Notes under the pieces: generated by a model
What the model saw: the letters and a program-made list of their open reading frames with translations, nothing else
Database searches by the model: none
Told to the model about the DNA's origin: nothing
From: Lama guanicoe
Lineage: Eukaryota
Assembly (NCBI GenBank): GCA_013239625.1
Contig: MU053482.1
Span: 3,309,922 to 3,373,921 of the forward strand
Reading direction: 5' to 3'
Length of the DNA: 64,000 nt
Translations under genes and position numbers: made by a program
Part shown: positions 51,060 to 62,890 of the stretch, one piece after another
Numbering within the stretch: position 1 is the stretch's first letter
Layout of the letters: every line of letters starts with the position of its first letter

Positions 51060-51909
51060 CTGAGACTGGATCCAAAGATTTTTGGATTTCTTGGTAAGGA
51101 GAGACTGAAAAAGAACTGTGATTTAAAATTTGCAAGCAGATTTGTGTCTCCTAAAAAAGGAAATGTCTAGGAAATGCCTCTTATGGGCTTTAAGCAAAGG
51201 TAGAGCAAAGACCTAACTATGGAATGGGGAGGGTCTGATATTCTGTGGCTCCAAGAACCTAAATGGTTGGGAAAATTGTGTCAGATGTTGTCGTCACATT
51301 AGACAGAGTTAATCTCTCCAAAACGGTTTCTTTTGGAGCACTGTTTCTTTCCTAAGCATGTATTTAGACTGCCATCTTTCTGTTTATGATTGCTTTTAGA
51401 AAGTGGATGAGCCATTTTTCAACTGGCCAATCACAGAAACTCAGGAGCTGAGACACTGAAGATGCCTGAGAGGCTGCATCACCCAGTCATAAACTCTCAT
51501 AGAGGGAGAGAATGTGAAAAAGAACGTAACTGGGCTTTATGGGGCTCAAGATTGTCTGGGCTGTGGCGGCATACTCATGGTGTTTTATGGTCAGAATGCT
51601 TGTTCTAATATTTAGATGTTAGGGTTTTCCCTGAAATGGCCACTGCAATTCTCTGGCTTCCAGGAACAAGATCAATCCTGAAGTAGGAAATAAAGACACA
51701 GGAGATGGGCCTTAGGTTGGAGTGTGGGAAATAATCGCCTCTTACACCTGGATCTCAAGGATTTGGGGAATGAAGAGTCTTCCCACTGTGGGAGAAAGGG
51801 TGGCCCTCGCGCATGGCAGCAGCAGAGAGGAGTAGAGAAGTCCAACATGGGCCAAAGTATTGGGTTTTAAGTTTCTCTCTGTTGTAATTCTCTTTTCTTC
51901 TCTCCAAGT
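51060..51909 (-). pseudogene. Candidate pseudo-exons 51909-51746 (phase 0->2) and 51677-~51060
   Basis: acacag|ACT...GT|gtaaga, then tttcctacttcag|G giving LEIQV-IDLVPGSQRIAVAISG; intron only 68 nt. Confidence 0.35.
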
Positions 51910-52820
51910 CTGTGTTATCACAATGAGAAAATAGGGGAACAGTCTGCATAGCTTATGCTGGGGCCAAGCAGTAAGTGGGCTCAGGAAAGCCATACCTTAA
52001 GGGAAGCAGATGTTCAGACCCAGAGGTCCTCCATGTGGGACCAGGCAGCTGGCTGAGGTGGAAAGTACAGGAGAAATGGGTGGGCCATGTAGGCACTCCC
52101 CAGGGGAATTTGGTAAAAGCCTGGATTTCTTAAAGACAAGTGGGAGGGAGGGGCCTAAACTGTAGTGATTGGGGCATTAAGTAGAAGCGAGAATTTACAA
52201 ACTGGTGAAGTCTGACATATTTGAGTTACATCAGGATACTAGAATCTACTTCACTTAGTGGTAATGGGCTGGCTGTCACAGTCAGGTTTTACTAAATGTT
52301 CCTACTATCATTACCAGTGTAAGGGTGAACTGACCAATCTCTGAGATGCCTTCTTGCTCAGAAGTTCTTTGAGTCTATAGGGTGCTGGAAGGACCCGTGG
52401 AGTCAGCCTGGCTTGGGTGTCCATTGGTTCTCCCCATTGCATCCTCCTCCCTCACTGTCCTGTTTCTGTTCAGCTGGCATTGAGTATGGGGCAATGCTGG
52501 AATGTTTCAGAACATGTAGCCAGGGCAGTGTTGTAACTCATTAGGAGTCATTCTTAAGGGGAGAGAAGCTTGTACTTCAGACAGTTGGTCACGTTCTTGG
52601 AAATTATGGTTCTGAATTCTCCCTGGTTGTAGGAGAGCCAATTACCATTCATCTTGTGATGTGCTGAGATACTCTTTAAGCATTTCTTAAAAGCAGAGGA
52701 GACATTTCAGGAGGAGCAGAAACAAAACCTCAATTTCAAGATAGCAACAAAAAATAAATCATTAAAAAAATTTACACATGAACACACTAGGCTCTGATAT
52801 GGGACAAGGCTAAAGAGCCA

Positions 52821-53871
52821 TGTGGCAGGTTGTATTCTCCAAAGATGGCCACAACACCATCTCTCCTTCCACATACTGTTCCTATAATGACACTTTGACA
52901 TTCTCCCTCTTGAAAGATGGGATCTTTGTTCTGTCTTCTTGAATCTGAGCAAGCTTCTGACTTGTATGAGAAGTAATGATATCTGACTAAGCCCAGGTCA
53001 TAAAAAGTGATATAATTTCTGTCTGATTCTGTGGGATGCTTACTTTTGGAACCTGTATTAGATATCTATTACTGTGTAACAAATCACCCCAAAACTTAGC
53101 ATTATAAAATAATACTTATTTATTATCTCAGTTTCTCTGAGTAAGGAATTTGACCATGGCTTGTCTTGCTCCTCTGCTGGGGGAACTGCTCACAAGGCTA
53201 CAGTCAAGGTTTTAACCAGGGCTGGGGTCTCATCTGAAGGTGCAAATGGAGAAGAATCCACATCCAAGGTCATTTATGTAGTTGTTGGTAGGATTCAATT
53301 CTTCAAGGATGATTAGTCTGAAGTCTTTAGCTCCTCACTGGCTGTTGGCCAGGGTAACCCTCAGTTCTATGCCATGTTGTCCTCTTCAACATGGCAGCTT
53401 GCTACATCAAAGCCAGCAAGAGAGAACCTGATAACAAGACAGAAGTCACAGTCTTTTGTAGCCTAATTGTGCACGAAACATTCCCTCAATGTTACCATAT
53501 TTTACTGGTTAGAAGCAAGTTACTCAGGGGGCTGGGATTACACAAGGCTGTGAATACCAAGAGGTAGGGATCACTGGGGAGCATCTTAGGGCCTTTTACC
53601 ACAGAATGTAACCAGATGCTGTGAGAAATCCCAGATGGGGAGGCCACATGTAGATGATCCAGTGTTACCAACATGAATGAGCCTTCAGATAATTCTACTT
53701 CCCAGTCATTGAGTAAGCCCTCAGCCTTTCAGACATCCCAGCTGAGGTCCCAGACATTGTGGAGCAAATACAAACTGTCCTTGCAATGCCCTTTCCAAAC
53801 TCCTGACCCATATAATCTTTGAAGATAATAAATTCATTGTTGTTTTACACCACTAGGTAGTAACTGGAACA
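52821..53871 (+). mobile_element. MLT1 LTR with an antisense MLT1 nested at ~53054-53603
   Basis: tgtggcaggttgtattctccaaagatggcc...gtaactggaaca; inner tgtgtaacaaatcaccccaaaacttag. Confidence 0.7.
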
Positions 53872-53901
53872 AACCACCTATCTTGAAGCTTTATTGCTTA
53901 C

Positions 53902-54382
53902 CTGGTCACCTGGTTTGACCATATGAAATACCGTTGCACATTTTCTGTGACTAGATTGATATCACATTTCAGCCCACATGAGAATACTCTAAGAGTCCAT
54001 GTAGGCTTGAAAAACCTTGAAAGAGATTTGTGGCCATAGACACTACCTAAATTTTGGCTCATTTTGAAAAAGGAGCACCCTGCTTTGGGTGTCTTTTCTG
54101 ATATCAGCAGTTTGTAAATTGTCTTCACAAGGGGCCCAAGACAAATCAGGTTTTCCCAGGTTCTGTTCTGGGATTCAGCAGAACACTCATGGCCAAGGGC
54201 ACACTCCTGAATCAGACAGGATGTTCTAAACTTTCTTATCAGTCCATTTTTAATAGGACAATCATAACGCTTGGCCAGGAGTAAATTATGCATTAGAAGA
54301 ATTCTGCATACTTTTTATTCATATATGTGTATTGAAGTGGAAAAAATTCAGAATTACTTTAACATCTGGCATTTGCATTCCT
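53902..54382 (-). pseudogene. Pseudo-exon (phase 1->2)
   Basis: cttccctcccatag|AG...AG|gtaagc; 130 open codons (ORF 53898..54293) ending exactly at the donor, 3 stops in first 30 codons. Confidence 0.55.
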
Positions 54383-55133
54383 CTATGGGAGGGAAGTGAA
54401 CTTTTTTCATTTTTCATTTTTATTAAGTAGAATTGTTACAATTTGACTATGCATATACAATATAATGCATGTAAATACATGTATAGAATATACCGCACAT
54501 TTTAAAAGATTTACCTATATGTACTGTTAATTGTTTCTAAAAACATTTAGATCTTTAGCTTTTTAAACTTACATAGTTGTCAAATGAATAAAGCCAACCA
54601 CAAAATAAGAGTTAATTCAAAAAGATACCTACTCCCTGCTATTAACAGCAACATTATTTATGATTGCCAAGATGTGGAAGCATCGTAAGTGCACATCAAT
54701 AGATGAATGGATAAAGAAGATGCAGCATATATATGTAATGGAATACAACTCACCCATAAAAAAGAAGGATATTTTGCCATTTGCAGCCCTTCATTCACTT
54801 TTTTTTTTTTTCACTTCAGGAAGTGACTTTGTTTGAAAAAGTAATTTGGTAAAGAAGCAGTAGGGGTGCAAGAATATGCCCCACCCACCCCCTGCTTCAG
54901 CCTCTGCATGAGATAAGGAAACAATTTGTTTTTGACATTGGAGAGATGACAAGGAGAGGAAAGAACAGAGGACAGAGAAGGGAGAAGGAACACAGAGGAA
55001 CCAGAGGAGTAGGTGAGGATGGGTGCAGTGAGGGAAGGTGTCGTGTTTGGACTAATAGAGAAAAACATCATAAGGGGGTGGCTACAAGGATTGGGGATAG
55101 CAGGAATGGACAATGAGGATTTCTAGGTTGTCT

Positions 55134-55850
55134 CTTTTTTTTTAAGCTTTTAAAAATATTTATTACTTCTTCAGTCATTTATCTACTTTTTAAAAAATTG
55201 AAGTATAGTCATCTTACATTGTTGTGTCAATTTCTGATGTACAGCATCTTTCAGTCATACATAAATATATTCGATAGGTTACTACAAGATATTGAATATA
55301 GTTCTTTGTGCTATACAGAGGAAATTTGTTTTTTAATCTATTTTATATAAAGTAGTTATTATTTGCAAATCTCCAACTCCCATTTTATCCCTTCCCACCC
55401 CCCCACCCCCGCCCCGGTAACCATAAGTTTGTTTACTATGTTTGTGAGTCTTTTTCTGCTTTGTAGATAAATTCATTAGTGTCTTCTTTTTTCTTTTTAA
55501 ATTACACATATGAATAATATCACATGGTATTTTCCTTTCTCTTTTTGGCTTACTTCACTTAGTATGATAATCTCCAGGTCCACTCATGTTGCTGCAAAGG
55601 ACATTATTTTATTATTTTTTATGACTGAGTAGTATTCCTTTGTATAAATATATGACAACTTCTTTATCTAGCCCTCTGTTGGTGGACATTTAGGTTGCTT
55701 TATGTCTTGGCTATTGTAAATAGTGTTGCTATGAACATTGGGGTGCATGTGCCTTTTTGAATTATAATTTCCTCTGGATATATGCCCAGGAGTGGGATTG
55801 CTGGCTTAAATGGTAAGTCTATTTTTAGTTTTTTGAGGAATCTCCAACCT
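55134..55850 (-). mobile_element. Younger L1 3' part
   Basis: TSD taggttgtct (55124-55133 / 55851-55860). Confidence 0.88.
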
Positions 55851-56404
55851 TAGGTTGTCTGTTGTACAGTGAGTGGTGGGACTCATTCCCTGCAACCCTC
55901 CCCCTCAACATTTCAAGCAAATATTAATCTTATATATGGTGTATATAAATTTTTTTCCATGAGAGGTATAAATTTTGTGCCTAGATTGATATGGTGCTAA
56001 ACCAAGATTATACTCAAAGAACATTACCCTGAGAAAGCAGGACATGAAAATCTCTGTCCTGAGCATTTATAGAAACCCTAGAGGAAGCTCTGGACTTCCT
56101 GAGGCCCTGGTAGTGTGTATTTTGAACAAATATTGCAAGGAGGTCCCAGCTGATATGTGGGCTGCCTGAGCATCTACAGTTCCTAGCCCCTATGTCCTCC
56201 CTCAATTTCTCTCCTTTTCTTTTCCCTTTGCCTATGTAAGTGGCCATCTGACCTGCACTTACAGCTCCAGATCTGCTCTAGATCACTGGGACATTCTGGA
56301 GATGCAAGAGGCATTTAACTAGATCCAATCTGATGGCCTAGGGCTGCACGTAAATTCAACTTTGCTGCTCATACGTTCCTGACTTCATACCTCTATTTTT
56401 AAAA

Positions 56405-56590
56405 TTTTTATTTTTTAATCGAAATGTAGTTGATTTACAGTGTTAATTTCAGGTGTACTGCAAAGCGATTCAGTTATATATATACATATCTCTATATATT
56501 TTCTTTTCAGATTCTTTTCTATTATAAGTCAGTACAAGAAATTGAATATAGTTCCCTGAGCTACACAGTAAGTCCTTGTTCCTTATCTAT
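56405..56590 (-). mobile_element. L1 3' end
   Basis: tagttgatttacagtgtt...ttgaatatagttccctg. Confidence 0.75.
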
Positions 56591-57899
56591 TCACACTGCT
56601 ATTTTGCTGTCTCTCCTTCCCCACCCTTGGGTTCTCAGGACTTGTAGTTGGACTTTTGCTTTGGAATCTATTCCTAAATTTCTTCTCTGGTATTCCATGT
56701 ACTCATTTCCTCTTAGGAGTGAGGAACCTTGGGCTCTGGACCTAGATCTGATACAAAATTGCTATTTGACTTTTGCAAAGTCACTTTCACTCTCTGGCCC
56801 TTAGATTCCTCACCTGTAAAACATTGTTGGGAAGACGATGATTAACTCAGCAGGCTTGGAGACCAGTTATACAGGCTCCTCAGCACAGGGACGAAGTGGG
56901 ATGGGTCTCTGGAGTCCACTGGACTTGGCAGGGGCTGTAAAAGTGTGGTGAATCAGGTTAGGTTTGGGTCAGGGCTTGTGACCACAGGGCTCCACCAAGT
57001 GTTTGTGTGCAGCCATAGAGCGTAGAGATAGGTGCAGAATCTTGGTTTTCAATACTCAGGCTGTTAAACACACATACTCAACCAGTGGCTGGGAGTTGTG
57101 GAGCAGGGTCCAGCCCCTCTGTGAAAGGATTCTGGCCAGGGTAGAGAGGGACTCAGACCCACAACCAGAATCCAAGCCAAGGGGACTTGAGTTCAGGGCA
57201 AGACTCGTTTTTAGGGGGCAGTGGAAAAACAGTGAAACTGAGGCTGAAAGTCAGGTGTATGAACTGAATCAATATAGCTATCAGGTTGTGGCTAGGAGAC
57301 CATGGGGGGTATTTCTAGCCTAACAGCTTTTAGGGGATAAAAATAATAAGATTATTCCACAATTTTATCACTTTGGGTCCAACTTTTTCTACTCAAGGCT
57401 GCTCTAGATTGGGGCTAAGCCTGACTATGGGGGAGGATGGATTGCTGATACCAGAGCTCCCCAGGGAAAAGATTCTAGGGTTCCTTGAGCAGTCTCAGAC
57501 ATTTAGGAGGGGTCAGGTGAGGACAGGCCACAGTACCCTTCATGCTCTCAGAGAATATGATCAGTGGACACCTGGACTGGGTCCCTTTCAATCATGTTTG
57601 TTGGATCAGCTCTTGAACAGAACACTACACACACTTGTGAGTTCACTCTAGTGTGGGAGAGAGGCATCAGTGTCTGTCACGTAGTAGGCCCTTGATAAAT
57701 GTTGGTTATGTCAATGAAAAATGCACATTGAGTAAAATAAACAGGAAAGACTGACAGCTAGGGGAAAGGATAGACTAGAAGTGATCCTGGAAAATTGTCC
57801 TATTTCCTTCATGTGATCCTTACCATCAACAACTGAGTCTTAACCTTTCCCCTTTAATGAGAAAAATAATTCTCAAAACATATTTTCAAATTATAAATT

Positions 57900-60800
57900 G
57901 CCAGAGCCAGGGAGATGTTCCTACCCTTGACCCCATAATCCCACTCTTGGGATTCTTTCATAATGAAATAATTCAACAAAAACAAAAAGCTAAGTGCACA
58001 AATGTATTTATGATAACATCATCTGAGGCAGCAGCAAAATTGGAACAACCCATGAGTCCAACAATAAGGGACAGGCTGAGTAAATTCTGGTAGCCCTACT
58101 CAGTGGAATATTCTGAAAGCATTAAAAAGATCACTATAAAAATTATGTATCAAACATGAAAAACACATACTAAATTATTTCATAAAAAATGAGAATACAA
58201 AATGTTACATACATCATTAGTGCAAGCGTCTTGGGTGTTCTTTGTCTCAACCAATTTATTCTAAGTTCCTATTGCTGTGGTTAAATTCCAAAAGGAATGT
58301 AAAAGGTACTTCAGAATATCTAATATTTCTTACCCTTGCTCTGATTTAAAAGGTGATGCATATTGGAATTGTGAGAAGATGGCGGGGGCAGGGTAGCACA
58401 GATTTTGAATCTTTTTGAATCACCACATAAAAAACAGACTAGTTAAAAAAAAAATGAAAGTCCTAGGGTCAACATTTACAACAAAACTAGGTAACAAAAT
58501 ATAAACACCAACAAGCACGAAGTGTTGGGGGCATCTATATGGGAGAAAGTAGAGGCAGGCAACAAGGATCTGATGGACCTGAGACATTATGAGAAAACAT
58601 CAGACATGATGGAAGCATGGAGGGTCAACCAGAGAGCAGGAGCTGAAACTGGAAGGAGTCTGCCCATTCCAGTAATGGATGAGAACAGAGGGCGTGTGGT
58701 AAGAGCTAAAGGGGCTGGGGCCCTCTAGCCTCTTTGAATGTGAACTCTTGAAACTGAGTAGCCATGGTGTCATCCTTTCTGACAACATCTTTAAAGTATT
58801 AAAAAAAAACCCCAACTCTATTAACTTAGAATTCTCTATCCAGGAAAAAATCCTTTAAAAATGAAGGTAAAATAAAAATACTTTTTCATAGAAATAAAAG
58901 CTGAGAGAATCTCTGACTGTTACCTGTACAGCAAAAATGTTGAAGGAAGTACTTAAAGCTAAAGAACTATGATACTGTGTGGAAACTTGAGCTACATAAA
59001 TGAAAGCAGAGTGGAGGAGATGGTAAACATGTGAGTATTTACAAAAGAATTTCCTCTCATTTAAAAAATTTACAAGATAATTCACTGTTTAAAAATAATA
59101 ACAATGTTTCATAGTGCTTATAACATATGTGGAAGTAAATGTCTGACCAAAACAGCGCCAGGGAGGAGATGGGGAAATAGAGGTACATTGTTATAAGGTT
59201 CATGTTATACAGAGGTGGTATGTTATGAAAGTAGACTGTGATAGGATAAATATGTATATATAAATCATGAAGTAACCACTAAAAACAAAACAAAAGCATA
59301 AGAAATTACCTCCAAATAATTGTAGCCAAAACTCCAAATAAGTGGAGATAAAATGTAATATTGAAAAAGCAATCAAGTAATCCAAAAGAAGTCAGTAAAA
59401 GAAAAAAATTAAAAGAACAACGAAAAACAAATGGGACAAGAAGAGAACAAAGAACAAGATCTTAATTTTTTTTATTGAAGTATAGTTGATTAACAATGTG
59501 TTAGTTTCTGGTGTACAGCAAAGTGATTCAGTTTTATATGTATTCTTTTTCAGATTCCTTTCCATCACAGGTTATTACAAGATATTGAATATATTTCCCT
59601 GTGCTATGCAGTAGGTCCTTGTTGTCTACCTATTTTATATATAGTAGTGTGTATATGTTAATCTCAAACTCCTAGTTTATCCTTCTCCCCTCTTTGGTAA
59701 TCATAAGTTTGTTTTTGATGTCTGTGAGTTTATTTCTGTTTTGTAAATAAGTTCATTTGTATCTTTTTTTTAAGATTCCACATATAAGTGATATCACACA
59801 ATATTTGAAGAAGTTCTGAGTGTGTATATACTCAATCAGAATTATATGAAGCAAAAACTGACAAAAGTGGAAAGAGAAATGAACAAATCCACAATTATAG
59901 ATGGAGATATCAACACTCCATTGTCAGTAATTGATAGAACATAATCTTATGAAATAACAATAAAGAAAAAAATAATAACATTATACGTATATTTTTTATA
60001 TAGTATATTATACATATACTTTTTTATCCATAGGATAAATTCCTAGAAGGGGAATTTTTGGATTAAAAGGCATGTGCACTTACAATTTTTAACTACTACC
60101 AAATTGCTCTTCATAGAGGCTGTCCTAAGATACAATACCATCAGCAATGAATGAAAGTGTCTATTTATTGACACCCTTATCAACAACATGTTTTCAAATT
60201 TTTTGATAGTTAACATTCTGGGGTTAAAAAAAACTTATATTGCCCATTTTTAAAATTCACTTTAGAATATGTATCATTTTATTCTAAATTTATGATGGAA
60301 TTTGCTCAAGTGTAACATTGCTCATAATATTCCCTTAATATTTTTTAGTATCTATATGATCTGTGATGATGTCTCCTCTTTCATTTCTAATGCTGGCAAT
60401 TTGTATCTTTCTTTCGATCTGGTTAGAGGATTATTAATTTTATTGATCTTTTCAAAGAACAAGCTTTCAGTTTTATTGACTTATTTTTCTGTGTTCTCTT
60501 TCGCTGGTTTCCATTCTTATCTTAATTATTTCCTTTCTTCTACTTATTTTGTGTTCAATTTACTCTTATTTTTCCACTTTTTCTTTTTAAGGTGGAAGCT
60601 GAGATCATTGATTTTTTAGGAAACACTAACCAAGTCATTTTAGTTGGCATTATCCTGATACCAAAACCAGATGAAGATATACAAGAAAACTAAAGATTAA
60701 TATCACTCCTGAACAGATTAAAAAATTCTTAATATTCCAGCAAATTGATACCAACAGTATATGAAAAAGATAATATATATCATGACCTAGTGGGGTTTAT

Positions 60801-61690
60801 CCAGGAATGAGAGGTTGGCTTAACACCTGAAACTGAAAATCCGTCAAGATCTGAAGAATTTTTTTTAGCTTTTTTTGATAATTATTTTTTTCTAGATGTT
60901 ATCTTGGAATTTTAACATACAGCATTAATAACTAAGGCATAGAACTGATAATGATAATTTTGTCTTAACATCTCTTGTTTCTCTTTTATGTCTTCCTTTA
61001 TTGGATTGGACTTAACTTCTAGAAAATATTAAAGAATAATGGCGAGGGGGGAGGGTACAGCTCAAGTGGTAGAGTGCATGCTTAGCATCCATGAGGTCCT
61101 GGATTCAATCCCCAGTACCTCCTCTAAGAATAAATCAATGAATAAACCTAAATACTTCCACCAACCAAAAAACCCAAAAAAACTAAAAAAACAAAAAACC
61201 AACCAAAAAAACAATAATGGTGAGCCTGAGCATCCTTTTCTAGTTACTGATTTTAATGAAACAGTCCACAGTATTTCAGTTTTATGTAAGATATTGCTAC
61301 TCTTCATTATGGTATGAGATTATCCTACTCTTCTTAAGATTTTAACAGTTAAAAAAAAAGAACCAGCAGAAGTAGGATGTGGAATTTTAGCAAATGCTTT
61401 CCAGAATCTAGGCTTGGGTGATTTATTTTTCTTATTGATGAACTGTATAATTTTAATACATTTCCTAATGTCAAACCATCCTTACATTGCTAGAATAAAC
61501 CCTGCTTGGGTATCATAGATTTTTGTTTTAATGTGCTTTAATTCAATTTGTTAATGTTTTTCTCAAAATGTTTCTGTCCATATTTAAAAGTGCGACTGTC
61601 CGTTGTTTCTTTCTGTGTTTATGCTGTTCTTGACAGGTTTTGTTGTCAGGGTTATGATGACCTCATAAAATGAACTGGGCAGCTTTTCTT
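57900..61690. mobile_element. Cluster of L1 fragments in both orientations (ORF1 end ~58820-59460 +, 3' end 59465-59805 -, EN ~59840-59940 +, RT ~60645-60830 +, ORF2 pieces -)
   Basis: RILYP, YMKQKLT...KSTIIDGDINTPLSVIDR, ILIPKPD, HDLVGFI. Confidence 0.75.
61047..61208 (+). mobile_element. Camelid SINE
   Basis: TSD aaaSaataatggYgag (61031-61046 / 61209-61224). Confidence 0.9.
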
Positions 61691-62659
61691 TGCTTTTCTG
61701 CCTCTCTGCTCTCCGGGCTTGGGGAGAACAAGGCTGGCCTGTGTTCAGAGCTCTTCCAGGACCCCTGGTGACCTCCAGCATATTCCCGGCCCTCTTCTGG
61801 ACTCTCAGTGGTGTTGTCTCTGGCATCTCTCTGCTTCTCCTTTGGTCTGACTTCCCAGCGCTCCCTTAGCATCTGTGCTCCAATATGAACTGGCCTCCAA
61901 GTGAACCCAGGGGAGGGGATTTCCTTGGCAGATGGAGGCTCTCCACAAGCCCCTCCTACTTCCTCCAGGAACCCTCCCAGCTGCAGTCACTCCTGTCTCC
62001 TGGGCTTCTGTTTCCAGCTCTCTGCTGCCCTCACCTGCCCTCTGGCCACTACATTTGCCCTTGTCGTGGCTTCTTGCAGTCAGAGGTCTCGAGAACATGG
62101 CTTACTTCCACAGGTTCAGTATTCACGGATATCCTGAAACTCTGGGGAGTTCTCCAGAGCAGCTGGTTTGAAGCAGGTGCTGCAGTGAACAGAACAGGTT
62201 GTTCTGGTTGCCTCTGAAGAAAGATAGGGCCAGAATAGACCCAGAGCATGACTCTGAGAAACACGAATCACATTTCTGCTAATAGGCACCTCTGAGAAGG
62301 CCTGGAGTGGTCCGACAGGGCAACTCTGGGAGTTCCAGAGTGGAGAAGGGTCACATTTAGCCTGGACCTTTGTCCAACATGAATCTGGTGTCCTCAGAGC
62401 CATCTGTGGCGCAAGAAGCATGACTTACACCTCAACACCCTCCGCCTGCTATGCTGCTTGCCTGTCCTTTCCTGCCACCTGAGACACTTTGTATGTTCAG
62501 CCTTTCTGTTCAGCTGTCAGCTGTGAATGACATCAGATGGTGAGAACCCTCTGGCTCAGGCTGACACTTTCCTTGCCAAGCTCCCCTGATGCCGTTTAAG
62601 GCCAAAGGTGTGGGAAGGCACTTTTGTAAGTATGTTGTTGGTCAGTATTTAATCTTACC

Positions 62660-62890
62660 TAGTGGTTAAGAGTCAGGCAGATTTGAGTTTGAACCATGGT
62701 TATGTCACGTACATACCTCAGACGAATAACCTGACCTCTCTGTGCCAATGTCCCTCATCTTTCCAAAAGGAAAACAATAGATAAACCTGTTAGGTTGTTG
62801 TGAGATAATAATGCATATAAAGCATTTACCTAATGCCTGACCTAGTACATATTCTGTAGATGTTAGTTAAATTCTTCATTATTTTGATTA
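62660..62890 (+). mobile_element. MIR
   Basis: tagtggttaagagtcaggcagatttgagtttgaa...ggttgttgtgagat. Confidence 0.75.

Larger units (their letters stand above)
11896..54382 (-). pseudogene. Decayed multi-exon (unitary-type) pseudogene, large protein with PX-like segment(s), identity unknown
   Basis: About 20 minus-strand exon remnants in repeat-free islands, mostly AG/GT ends, compatible phases, stop-poor frames (see exon features and findings). Confidence 0.7.
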
